Part shown: positions 41,110 through 50,585 of the stretch, one piece after another
Layout: each line of letters begins with the position of its first letter
Position numbering within the stretch: the first letter of the stretch is position 1
Assembly (NCBI GenBank): GCA_016868535.1
Contig: VGGQ01000001.1
Coordinates: 16,567 to 80,566, forward strand
DNA from: Bacteroidota bacterium
GTDB taxonomy: Bacteria > Bacteroidota > Bacteroidia > NS11-12g > UBA955
DNA: 64,000 bases
Direction of reading: 5' to 3'
The notes under the pieces: generated by a model
Told to the model about the DNA's origin: nothing
The model's database searches: none
What the model saw: the letters and a program-made list of their open reading frames with translations, nothing else
Translations under genes and position numbers: made by a program

Positions 41110-42229
41110 GGAATTGCCCCACAACTTCTGGCTAATGAGCACAGGCTCATTACTTTTTTTTCTGTCTTTCAACATCTTACTGCCCGAATTGCCTGAGATT
41201 TTGAGAAAAATGGGAGGTGAGGAATACCTGGGTTTTATACTGCCTGCTTTTGCCTTCAGCGCATTGCTGGCAAGACCCTTCAGCGGTTGGGTTACTGACG
41301 TTCTGGGGCGCAGGTATGCAATGATTGGAGGAGCTTTGTTTTGTGTTGCTGCCGGTTTGTTGTATCCATGGGCAAACGCTGTATGGTTGTTTTTCCTAAT
41401 TCGTTTTCTTCATGGTTTTTCCACGGGATTTTCACCCACCGGTTTTACCGCGTTTACAACCGATGTGGTAGGTGAAGATAGAAGAGGTGAAGCATTGGGA
41501 TGGCATGGAATTTTCAGCAATAGCGGAACAGCTGCCGGATATGCATTGGGTGCCTGGCTGGTTCTGTGGTGGGGTCAGTCCGGCCTCTTTCTTAGCAGTT
41601 CTGTGCTTGCTGTCATGGCTATTTTGATTTTCAGCATATTACCCGAAACCAAACCCCATGATAAACGTACTTTGCAGAATACCGGTTTTTTTTACTGGAA
41701 AGCCTGGCCAACTGCCCTGCTCATGCTGCTTGTATGCATTCCTTTGGGCTCTTTATTAACCATCATGCCTGATTACACCACCCACCTTGGCTACAACAAT
41801 AAAGGGATATTTCTGACAGTTTATATCGCAAGCAGTCTGCTGGTGAGGGTTTTCAGTGGAAAACTCAGTGACAGAATGGGTCGTGCGGCAGGCATCGGCA
41901 TTGGCACTGCCTTTCAGGTTTGTGCCTTGCTCTTACTGTTTTACCAAAAAGCTTTTTTCCCTGCTGCAGTGCTTTATGGAATTGGACAAGGCTTTAATGC
42001 TCCTTCCCTGTTTGCCTGGGCCGGCGATGTAAGCACTCCGCAAACCCGTGGCCGGGCATTGTCAATGCTGTTTATGGCACTTGAAACCGGCATTATTGTG
42101 GGAGGCATCGGTTCGGGTTTTATTTTAAATCATTTTAAAAACAGTTACAATCTTGTATTTGGATTTTGCGGTATTGCCTCAATTCTGGCACTGGCCTTTG
42201 CAGTCTCTCAACACAAAAAAAGCCCGTAA
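41102..42229 (+). CDS. MFS transporter
   Basis: 12-TM pattern. 'GWVTDVLGRRY' MFS loop motif. Confidence 0.7.
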   Translation: MGKELPHNFWLMSTGSLLFFLSFNILLPELPEILRKMGGEEYLGFILPAFAFSALLARPFSGWVTDVLGRRYAMIGGALFCVAAGLLYPWANAVWLFFLIRFLHGFSTGFSPTGFTAFTTDVVGEDRRGEALGWHGIFSNSGTAAGYALGAWLVLWWGQSGLFLSSSVLAVMAILIFSILPETKPHDKRTLQNTGFFYWKAWPTALLMLLVCIPLGSLLTIMPDYTTHLGYNNKGIFLTVYIASSLLVRVFSGKLSDRMGRAAGIGIGTAFQVCALLLLFYQKAFFPAAVLYGIGQGFNAPSLFAWAGDVSTPQTRGRALSMLFMALETGIIVGGIGSGFILNHFKNSYNLVFGFCGIASILALAFAVSQHKKSP

Positions 42230-42245
42230 TAGCGGGCCTTTTCTA
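42214..42245. terminator. Bidirectional intrinsic terminator between convergent genes
   Basis: AAAAAAA-GCCCG-taatag-CGGGC-CTTTTCT: 5-bp GC stem flanked by A and T runs. Confidence 0.5.
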
Positions 42246-42262
42246 TATTGAATTTCGAGAAA

Positions 42263-42838
42263 TTAATAGTAGCTGAAGTGATTCAAAAGCCACGTCACAT
42301 CTGACTTCCACTTTCCGTAAATATTAAATGAACCAAACATGAAGTTAACCATTTCATACTCGTCTTTTGCCGGTCTGCCGTATTTGGCTTCAAACTTTTT
42401 GTCCATCACATCCATGTAGTATTTGAAATCAAGCATACAATCGTGCCAGTTATTGAATACGGCGTAATAATTATGCCCTGATCGCACTGATGTGGTTTTT
42501 CTTCCTGTTCCTGGAAAACGCATTCCGGTAAGATTGGCATAGTGCTTGGCGTAATAACTGTTTTTACCATCGGCACCACTCTCCTCAATCTTTATAACGG
42601 TAAATAATTTTGCCCAGCGCCCCACACTCTTTTTGGCCACTGTGTAAAGATGCTGCGCTTTAGGAATGGTTTTTAGCGACAACTGCAAAGTATCAAATTG
42701 CAACTTATCTCCTGAAATCACAACCTCATCTTTTGCCACTGTATCAGACTCCAAATTCAGGGTGCGTCTTTGGTTTAATGTAGCGGCTGTAGCCACAAAC
42801 ATTATTACAAAAACCAGTGTTGTCAGCAGATTTTTCAT
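42263..42838 (-). CDS. Glucosaminidase-domain (LytD/FlgJ-like) secreted protein
   Basis: Signal peptide. 'KIEESGADGKNSYYAKHYANLTGMRF' matches the glucosaminidase E-S-G...N..G core. Confidence 0.45.
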   Translation of the reverse strand: MKNLLTTLVFVIMFVATAATLNQRRTLNLESDTVAKDEVVISGDKLQFDTLQLSLKTIPKAQHLYTVAKKSVGRWAKLFTVIKIEESGADGKNSYYAKHYANLTGMRFPGTGRKTTSVRSGHNYYAVFNNWHDCMLDFKYYMDVMDKKFEAKYGRPAKDEYEMVNFMFGSFNIYGKWKSDVTWLLNHFSYY

Positions 42839-42997
42839 TAATCAATATTAGACAATTACTATGCCAAAATATTCTCTGCCTGTATTTAATTGAATTACTG
42901 ATAGTTAAAAACATATATTAATAGCCTCTTAATTTTAAAAACCAATATAGGCTATCAGCGGAATCTGAATAAATTTGGTGTGAAAAAGTATCAATAC

Positions 42998-44908
42998 TTA
43001 AATTGTAAAAACAACCCCCCCAATGTCTTTGGACACACGGCTTCTGAGCTCATTTAAATAATTTAGCATTTCCAGTGTATCTGACACATCTGTTTCAGGA
43101 TCCTGAAGCAACAAAGTGTAATGTTTAATCAGATTGTCCAGTTTCTTCTTTCGCAGATACAAAAACACAGCTGTTATCTCATTCTTAAAATTATCTTCTT
43201 CCTTTTTAACATGAATAAAATTGTCAGCAAAAGCGCTGCTGAGTTCGTAACCGGATGAAAGAACACCGGCTGCCCATGAAGCTATATCAGCATTCGAATG
43301 TTGCGTAAAATATGACTGACCCGGCCATTTATCCCAAACACCAAACTTAATCTGGGCCACCAGCAAAGCACACATCTCATCATTAAACAGCAGCTGATTG
43401 TCTTCTTTTATTTCTTTTATGATAAAGTCGCTGACCTTGCTGTTTTCATCCCATGTTTCATCACCATGTAACAATAAAATCCGGAACAAAGCCCTCTCCT
43501 GGTGCACATCGGTAAGTTCTTCCCTGGGGAATTCAATTCCTGAGGCAGTTGTTAGTTGTTTTACTTCCTTTATAAAATCCTGTTCATTTTTCAGGTTTTT
43601 ACTCCTGAGCAACTTACCAAGTTCTGCTGCGAGCAGTGCCTCGTCAATCTTGCAAACTCTGGCCAATTCCTGACTCATCGCATTGCGCTTAAGCGCATCG
43701 TTCATACAGGCAACACTTTGCAAAATATCCCGTATGGCTTCCGATTTTTTTATTGGGTCATCGCCGCATTCAGAAAGCAATAGTTTGGCCTTAAACAGAA
43801 TGAAATTCTGCTCTTCAGAATACAGATAATCGGAGAATGCCTCACCGCCAAGTTTTGAGCAATACGAATCCGGATCCTTGCCTTCCGGCAATGATACAAC
43901 CCTGACATTAAGATCATCCGCAAGCAACAGATCTATTCCCCTGAGCGAAGCTTTTATACCGGCCGCATCCCCATCGTATAAAACTGTAACATTGGGGGTA
44001 AACCTTCTTATCAATTTTATTTGACTGGGGGTAAGTGCCGTCCCGCTGCTGGCCACCACATTTTCAATTCCGGCTTGGTGCAGGGTAATCACATCGGTAT
44101 AACCTTCTGTCAGATATACCTTATCCTGCTTTTTAATGGCATTTTTTGCCTGAAAAATCCCATAAAGAAAATCACTTTTCTTGTACAACTCCGTTTCCGG
44201 AGAATTCACATATTTAGGCGCGGGATCTGTACTGCTCATTTTGCGCCCTGCAAAGCCCAGCAATTTACCACTGACACCTACAAGAGGGAATATTACCCTG
44301 TTTCTGTATAAATCATAAAAAGAGCCATTGTCACGCTTTTTGATCAAACCGGCCAGTTCAAGATTTTCAGACTTATACCCTTGTTTTGTTGCTTTCAGTG
44401 TAAAAGCCTCCCAGTCTTCCGGACTATAACCCAGTCTCCATTTGCGAATGGTTTCATATGTGTAACCGCGCTCTTTAAAATAAGGCATGGCCTTGGTTTT
44501 ACCCTCAACCTCATCGTGCAACTGGTTTTCAAAAAAACCGGCAGCATAATCCAATGCGGCCTGAAGACTCTCCCTTACTTTCTGCTTTTCTCTGTATTCA
44601 TCATCATCTCTGTTGCCGGTTTCAATTAATTCTATACCATAACGGGCTGCAAGTGCTTTTGCTGCTTCCGGATAAGACATATTATCAATTTCCATGAGAA
44701 ATTGAATGGCATTACCTCCTTTCTGACAACCAAAACATTTGTAAATCCCCATGCCCGGCGACACAATAAAACTGGGGGTTTTTTCATCATGAAAAGGACA
44801 CAACCCTTTATATCTTGAGCCTGAACGTTTAAGGCTGACATAGTCCCCTACAACATCCTCAATAACAACAGCATTTAACAATTGCTCTATGGAGCCGGGA
44901 CTGATCAT
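42998..44908 (-). CDS. dnaG: DNA primase
   Basis: 'CPFHDEKTPSF' CHC2 zinc finger, TOPRIM region, DnaB-binding C-terminus. Confidence 0.9.
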   Translation of the reverse strand: MISPGSIEQLLNAVVIEDVVGDYVSLKRSGSRYKGLCPFHDEKTPSFIVSPGMGIYKCFGCQKGGNAIQFLMEIDNMSYPEAAKALAARYGIELIETGNRDDDEYREKQKVRESLQAALDYAAGFFENQLHDEVEGKTKAMPYFKERGYTYETIRKWRLGYSPEDWEAFTLKATKQGYKSENLELAGLIKKRDNGSFYDLYRNRVIFPLVGVSGKLLGFAGRKMSSTDPAPKYVNSPETELYKKSDFLYGIFQAKNAIKKQDKVYLTEGYTDVITLHQAGIENVVASSGTALTPSQIKLIRRFTPNVTVLYDGDAAGIKASLRGIDLLLADDLNVRVVSLPEGKDPDSYCSKLGGEAFSDYLYSEEQNFILFKAKLLLSECGDDPIKKSEAIRDILQSVACMNDALKRNAMSQELARVCKIDEALLAAELGKLLRSKNLKNEQDFIKEVKQLTTASGIEFPREELTDVHQERALFRILLLHGDETWDENSKVSDFIIKEIKEDNQLLFNDEMCALLVAQIKFGVWDKWPGQSYFTQHSNADIASWAAGVLSSGYELSSAFADNFIHVKKEEDNFKNEITAVFLYLRKKKLDNLIKHYTLLLQDPETDVSDTLEMLNYLNELRSRVSKDIGGVVFTI

Positions 44909-45088
44909 GCCCCGAAATTAAGAAATTAACGGAAAGATTTCAATAAACTTACGCGGCCATCCACACAATCTTTTCTCACAATTCCGGCATTGCCGCTAAA
45001 ATAGCGCATGATCTACTTATGCTTGGGAGCAGACCTGAGCTTTATCACATTGTAATACATCACGTCACCTACACTCAAGGTAGGAAAG

Positions 45089-45520
45089 TTAGGTTACGGT
45101 ATCACCATCTCCCATTACTCCGCTGAACAAAGTGGCATTGTAATACATTTCCACAACCTGTCTGTAAAACGTATCCTTGTATAACAGAGCCCAGCGTGCC
45201 GTATTTTCAACGGTAGACATGCAACTTACCAACTGATGGCTGTCTCCGGTGGAATGCAGTTCGTAGGAAATGAACTCTTGTTCCAGATTATCAAAACGCA
45301 TCTTGCCATACAGTCTGTTTTTTTAAGAATAACAGTTTCATTTTGCGTTGTGTCTGTTGACAAATAATATATCCAGGCACTGCCTTCAGGAAAACTGAAA
45401 ATACTTTTGAAATTTGCATCCAGGCTATACAATTCCTTTGAAACAAGCTTTCTACAACCCGAAACCGACAAAAAAATTCTCCCTGTCAGAAATGCTATGT
45501 AGAATACTTGTCTCAAGGTG
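45089..45520 (-). pseudogene. Lipoprotein gene interrupted by a frameshift at an A7 (T7 on the plus strand) homopolymer
   Basis: Lipobox 'LSVSGC'. Two overlapping ORFs fuse cleanly if the A7 run at 45317-45323 is read as A8. N-terminal boundary uncertain. Confidence 0.3.
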
Positions 45521-45562
45521 TTTAAATTTGCAGAGTAACTGAAAAAACACAATATCGCAAAA

Positions 45563-46783
45563 ATGCTACACACTGCAGAAAAACGGAATGCATTGATTGA
45601 TATCATAAAAGCACAGGCCAAAGCGCTGAAACCCATGCTGACAGAGATGCGCAGGCATTTACACATGAATCCCGAACTATCTTTTCAGGAATACAATACA
45701 GCAGCGTGGGTGGAGGATTATTTACAGAACAAACTGGGTTTAGAGAGCAGGCGTCTGGCCAATACCGGTGTTGTTGCGCTAATTGAAGGCAAAGGCAAGG
45801 AAGGGAATAAGGTAGTTGGACTTCGCGCAGACATGGATGCATTGCCCATTACAGAAGTATCTGATGGCAGACCCTACAGAAGCCTCAATGAGGGTGTGAT
45901 GCATGCTTGTGGTCATGACATGCATACCACATCACTGCTGGGTGCCGCCACGATATTGAACACACTCAGCCATGAATTTTCAGGTACTATAAAACTGGTT
46001 TTTCAGCCCGCTGAGGAGAAATTACCCGGAGGTGCAAGCCTTATGATTGCTGACGGGGTATTACAAAATCCAAAACCCGATGTAATGATAGGACAACATG
46101 TAATGCCTCAGATTGCTACCGGTAAAACCGGCTTCAGACCCGGACTGTATATGGCAAGCACCGACGAAATATACATAACTATCCATGGTAAAGGCGGCCA
46201 TGGGGCTATGCCGCATTTCAATATTGATCCAGTTTTGATTGCCGCAAACATTATCACGGGCCTGCAACAGGTGGTCTCGCGCAACGCCAATCCAGCTGTA
46301 CCTTCTGTGCTTTCATTTGGAAAGGTTATTGCCAACGGCACTACAAACGTTATTCCACCTGAGGTAAAACTGGAGGGAACATTCAGAACGCTAAATGAAC
46401 AATGGCGAACGGAGGCACATGAAAAAATCACCCGGATGGCTACAGGAATTGCCGAAAGCATGGGTGGCAGTGTAGATGTTGAAATCCGACGTGGATACCC
46501 ATTGCTGCAAAACGATGAGGAACTGACCCATCGCTGCAAAAGCGCTGCAGCAGATTATTTAGGAGATGAATTTGTAGAAAACCTGGACATCTGGATGGCC
46601 GCTGAAGATTTTGCATATTACTCGCAGGAAGTACCCAGTTGTTTTTACAGGCTTGGCGTCAGAAATGAAGCAAAGGGGATTGTGAACAGCGTACACCACC
46701 CTGCTTTCGATACAGATGAAGATGCATTGGAAGATGGAGCCGGATTATTTGCCTGGCTGGCCATTCAGGAACTGGGAAAATAA
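45563..46783 (+). CDS. M20D-family amidohydrolase (hippurate hydrolase / N-acyl-amino acid amidohydrolase-like)
   Basis: 'HACGHD' metal-binding and M20 dimerisation domain. Confidence 0.8.
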   Translation: MLHTAEKRNALIDIIKAQAKALKPMLTEMRRHLHMNPELSFQEYNTAAWVEDYLQNKLGLESRRLANTGVVALIEGKGKEGNKVVGLRADMDALPITEVSDGRPYRSLNEGVMHACGHDMHTTSLLGAATILNTLSHEFSGTIKLVFQPAEEKLPGGASLMIADGVLQNPKPDVMIGQHVMPQIATGKTGFRPGLYMASTDEIYITIHGKGGHGAMPHFNIDPVLIAANIITGLQQVVSRNANPAVPSVLSFGKVIANGTTNVIPPEVKLEGTFRTLNEQWRTEAHEKITRMATGIAESMGGSVDVEIRRGYPLLQNDEELTHRCKSAAADYLGDEFVENLDIWMAAEDFAYYSQEVPSCFYRLGVRNEAKGIVNSVHHPAFDTDEDALEDGAGLFAWLAIQELGK

Positions 46784-46786
46784 AAA

Positions 46787-47188
46787 TCAGGCGCCGATAA
46801 CCTGCCTCAGGCTATCAACTGCAGAATCCCAGATAGAAGCCACCATGTCTTCTTCACCACTGTCTATGAACTCTGTTATAATCAGCTCCACGTCTCCGGT
46901 TATATCATCCTGAGATATTCTGAACTCCAAATATTCATCATCCGTATGAGCGTTATCCAGCGTAAAACGAATATACTTATTTGTTACATTCCTTACCAGC
47001 ACGGCATTAACTTCTGTATCATCTTCCCACCGAAAACGGTAGCGCCTTGATGCAATTATATCCACATAATCTGCAAACCAGCTTTGCAGGCCTGATGGAT
47101 TGCTAATGTACTGATACAAAACATGGGTTGAGGACCTGAGCGGATATTCAAGTTCCAGTTTAAGACGGTTATTGGTTGAAGAACTCAT
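46787..47188 (-). CDS. SRPBCC / AHSA1-like small protein
   Basis: About 133 aa with Bet v1-like pattern. True start MSSSTNN. Confidence 0.4.
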   Translation of the reverse strand: MSSSTNNRLKLELEYPLRSSTHVLYQYISNPSGLQSWFADYVDIIASRRYRFRWEDDTEVNAVLVRNVTNKYIRFTLDNAHTDDEYLEFRISQDDITGDVELIITEFIDSGEEDMVASIWDSAVDSLRQVIGA

Positions 47189-47287
47189 AGCTAGAAGTGT
47201 AACTGACTTGCAAAAAAAACAATTTAAAGCATATTTCAAAATGAAAATGACTGGAATATTGATAATATTATCTTTGCAGGGAGGCAT

Positions 47288-47887
47288 ATGCGAGGAAAAT
47301 ATTATTTCGGAACTTCCGTCTCTGTTATTGTGTTGTCATTTTTATGGCTGATTTTTGTTCCGTGTTACGCTCCCACTCTGTGGGCCAACCAATTGCACCG
47401 GCCTGCTCTGGATTCTTTTTTTTCGCAGTGTAGTTTTTGGGGTGAATGGCCGCTTATTTCTGTTGCAATCGGATATGCACTTTTCCGTGAACCCAAACTT
47501 GGATTATGGTTTGGACTTTGTTTTCTCCTAGAGTTGTTTATCGTTCAGGGGCTTAAATTCGGACTCAATGAACCCCGGCCTATACAGGAGCTGGGCACGA
47601 AACTTTTCGAAGTACCCGGAAACCCTATTGCTGACTGGAGGTCATTCCCAAGCGGACATACTGCCGGCACTTTCACAGCATTGGGATTTTTCGCTATAAT
47701 CAGCAAATACAGGTCTTTTGAAATATTGTATGTTATTTTAGCAGTTTTGGTAGGATTTTCGCGGTTGTATCTTGGGCAGCACTATCTGCACGATGTAGCC
47801 GGGGGCATTTGTATTGCCTTATTTGTCTGGCTGCTTTTCAGGTTTGGACATAACCGGATTTCGTTGCTAAAGAATTTATCCTGGTGA
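47288..47887 (+). CDS. PAP2-family phosphatase (membrane)
   Basis: 'KFGLNEPRP' (KxxxxxxRP) and 'PSGH' PAP2 motifs. Confidence 0.7.
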   Translation: MRGKYYFGTSVSVIVLSFLWLIFVPCYAPTLWANQLHRPALDSFFSQCSFWGEWPLISVAIGYALFREPKLGLWFGLCFLLELFIVQGLKFGLNEPRPIQELGTKLFEVPGNPIADWRSFPSGHTAGTFTALGFFAIISKYRSFEILYVILAVLVGFSRLYLGQHYLHDVAGGICIALFVWLLFRFGHNRISLLKNLSW

Positions 47888-49587
47888 GCCGTAAAACTGC
47901 CATACATCTCATTATTACCCTGGGGGCCGCCCTATTGCACATCCCTTTTCTGGGCAGTTTCCATTTGTTTGACTGGGACGAAATAAACTTTGCCGAAGCT
48001 GCCCGTGAAATGCTGGTTACAGGCGATTGGGGCCGCGTGCAAATAGCTTTTGAACCATTTTGGGAAAAACCACCTCTATTCATCTGGCTTCAGGCCGGCT
48101 GCATGAAAGTTTTTGGCATCAATGAATTTGCGGCTCGCTTACCCAATGCCATTGCTGGAATTGTTTCACTGAATATCTTTTATCATATCGGCAAGAAACA
48201 TGTAGGCCATTTTTTGGGACTGTTCTTTATCCTTGCCTACGCAGGCAGCCTCGCGCCTGCATTATATTTCAAAACAGGAATTATTGATCCTGTGTTTAAT
48301 CTTTTTATTTTTCTATCGGTTTACCAATGGTTTCTGGCAGAACTTGAACTCCGCAAACAAAAAAATGCGCGTATTCACTATCTGTTGTTTGGCTTGTTTT
48401 CCGGACTTGCCTTTTTAACCAAAGGCCCTGTGGCCTTGCTTGTAGCAGGTATTGTGGCCATAACACGTTTGTTTGCAGCCGGAAAAAACGCATGGCCGGG
48501 CTGGCCCAACCTGGGTTTGGTGTTTGCAGCGCTATTTGTAACCATGGGCTCCTGGCTGGGAATGGAAACTTACCAGCATGGCACATGGTTTGTCACGGAA
48601 TTCCTGCGATATCAGGTTGTGTTGGTGCAAGGTCAGATTGAATGGCATAACCAACCCTGGTTTTATCACTTATTGGTACTTTTCTTCTTGTGTGCACCTG
48701 CCTCTGTTCTGGCGTTCCCGTTTTTATTCAGAAACCCCGGCATAAGCACAGGCAACGCCGCCATATTATTTGGCTATATGCGCAGCCTGTTCTGGACAGT
48801 ACTGATTATTTTCTCTATTGTAAGCACCAAAATCATCCACTACAGCAGCCTGTGCTGGATTCCGCTGGCATTTATGGCCGGCTATACTCTTTACGCAGGC
48901 TATACAAAAAGAATGTCTGTATCACGCTGGCTGAGTCTGCCTCTCTTACTGAGCATGGTGCCTATGGCGGCATTTTTTACCATTGCACCCTATTTGCTAA
49001 GTGTGGAAAATCGCTACATTCTTGCACCTTTTTTAGAGAAAAATATTTTTGCCACTAAATTATTGCTTTCAGGGAATATCTGGGGTGGCTGGGAAGGTAT
49101 TCCTGCACTGATTTTTCTGTGCTTTATCCTCATCTGGATTTTCCAGTTTGCAATGGGTATTGTTCGCCAACCCATACCACTGTTCTGGGCTGTTTTATTA
49201 TTTGGGCAATACCTATATATTGTTATTTTGCCGAGGGTGGAAAGGCAACTTCAAGGCGAAGTTATTTCTGCCATTTGCAATGAAACAAAACAAGAAGACA
49301 ATATCGTTGAATCCCGGGACTACAAAACATTTGCCATCCTTTTTTACGGAAACACACTACCCGAGCAATTCAAGGGAAAATGGTCAGAAACTGCAAAGAA
49401 AGACTTTCCGGATGACCCCTCACCCAATTACACTGCCAGAAAACATTGGATTTTGAATAATCCAACAGACAATACCGTCTCAATAATAACACGCTGCGAT
49501 TACCCTGCCGACACAACATTTCATATGCGATTTAGAAAAAAAAAAGAAGCAGGCGCTTATTATTTATGGGGAAAAATCAACCCCTGA
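47884..49587 (+). CDS. GT39 / ArnT-like glycosyltransferase (4-amino-arabinose / dolichyl-P-mannose transferase family)
   Basis: 'HLFDWDEINFAEAAREM' N-terminal GT-C motif. Polytopic. GTGA overlap with the PAP2 gene. Confidence 0.65.
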   Translation: MSRKTAIHLIITLGAALLHIPFLGSFHLFDWDEINFAEAAREMLVTGDWGRVQIAFEPFWEKPPLFIWLQAGCMKVFGINEFAARLPNAIAGIVSLNIFYHIGKKHVGHFLGLFFILAYAGSLAPALYFKTGIIDPVFNLFIFLSVYQWFLAELELRKQKNARIHYLLFGLFSGLAFLTKGPVALLVAGIVAITRLFAAGKNAWPGWPNLGLVFAALFVTMGSWLGMETYQHGTWFVTEFLRYQVVLVQGQIEWHNQPWFYHLLVLFFLCAPASVLAFPFLFRNPGISTGNAAILFGYMRSLFWTVLIIFSIVSTKIIHYSSLCWIPLAFMAGYTLYAGYTKRMSVSRWLSLPLLLSMVPMAAFFTIAPYLLSVENRYILAPFLEKNIFATKLLLSGNIWGGWEGIPALIFLCFILIWIFQFAMGIVRQPIPLFWAVLLFGQYLYIVILPRVERQLQGEVISAICNETKQEDNIVESRDYKTFAILFYGNTLPEQFKGKWSETAKKDFPDDPSPNYTARKHWILNNPTDNTVSIITRCDYPADTTFHMRFRKKKEAGAYYLWGKINP

Positions 49588-49646
49588 AAATGCTATTTGG
49601 TAGACCATTTCTGTTACTTTTGCTTAAAGCTGATAAAATGTAAGGG

Positions 49647-50585
49647 ATGACCAAAAAAATCAAATTCATTGAAGCAGCCTTTGAAATGGGTGCAGCAACA
49701 CCCGGAGCCAAGCTGGGGCCCGGGGCTCTAAGTGAAGCGATTTTAAATGCCAGCCCCGCTCTGCTGAATGGTGCTGAAAAAGAGACTCTTCTTCAGGACA
49801 ACCCAATTACCATTACTTTCAACAATACCCCTTTTGCTTTTCACATTCATGCAATTTACCGGTCAGTGAACCTGTTGGCTGCATCGGTGGAAAAAGCCCT
49901 TTCAGAAAACTATTTCCCCGTGGTATTCAGCGGAGATCACAGCAACGCCATCGGAACCGTCACAGGAATTACAGATGCCTGCCCCGATAAAAAAATTGGT
50001 GTTTTCTGGGTTGATGCTCACCTTGACCTGCATTCTCCCTATACCACACCATCCGGTAATATGCATGGCATGGCAGTAAAAGCACTTTTGCCCGATAACA
50101 TCAGTAATTACCAAAAGAACGAACTTAATCCTGAAACTATCACCTTCTGGAGCAAGATTAAAAAATCAGGCCGCAGGGAATTAACCCCGAAAATATTGCC
50201 TCAACATATTGTTTTCATTGGTACACGCGACTATGAGGAGGAAGAGTGGGCACTGGTAAAGACGCTCAATATCAGGATTTATACACCCGATGATATCCGT
50301 AAAAAAGGCATGCAGCAAATTCTGAATGAAAGCCTGGAATACCTGCAAGACTGCGACATGCTGTATACCAGTTTTGATGTTGACTCAATGGATCCCTCGA
50401 TTTCTGCTGGAACCGGAACTCCTTCACCCGATGGCCTAAGCTACAATGATGCCGAACTGGTTTTTAAAATATTATTGCCACACCCAAAAACCGTGGCATT
50501 TGAAATCAGTGAAATAAATCCTTTACTAGACAACGATCACTCCATGCCCAAAGCCGTTGCTCAGCTGCTGGCCTCGGCTTTGTAG
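49647..50585 (+). CDS. Arginase-family hydrolase (arginase / formiminoglutamase-like)
   Basis: 'SGDHS', 'DAHLDL', 'SFDVDSMDP' Mn-binding motifs. Confidence 0.7.
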   Translation: MTKKIKFIEAAFEMGAATPGAKLGPGALSEAILNASPALLNGAEKETLLQDNPITITFNNTPFAFHIHAIYRSVNLLAASVEKALSENYFPVVFSGDHSNAIGTVTGITDACPDKKIGVFWVDAHLDLHSPYTTPSGNMHGMAVKALLPDNISNYQKNELNPETITFWSKIKKSGRRELTPKILPQHIVFIGTRDYEEEEWALVKTLNIRIYTPDDIRKKGMQQILNESLEYLQDCDMLYTSFDVDSMDPSISAGTGTPSPDGLSYNDAELVFKILLPHPKTVAFEISEINPLLDNDHSMPKAVAQLLASAL

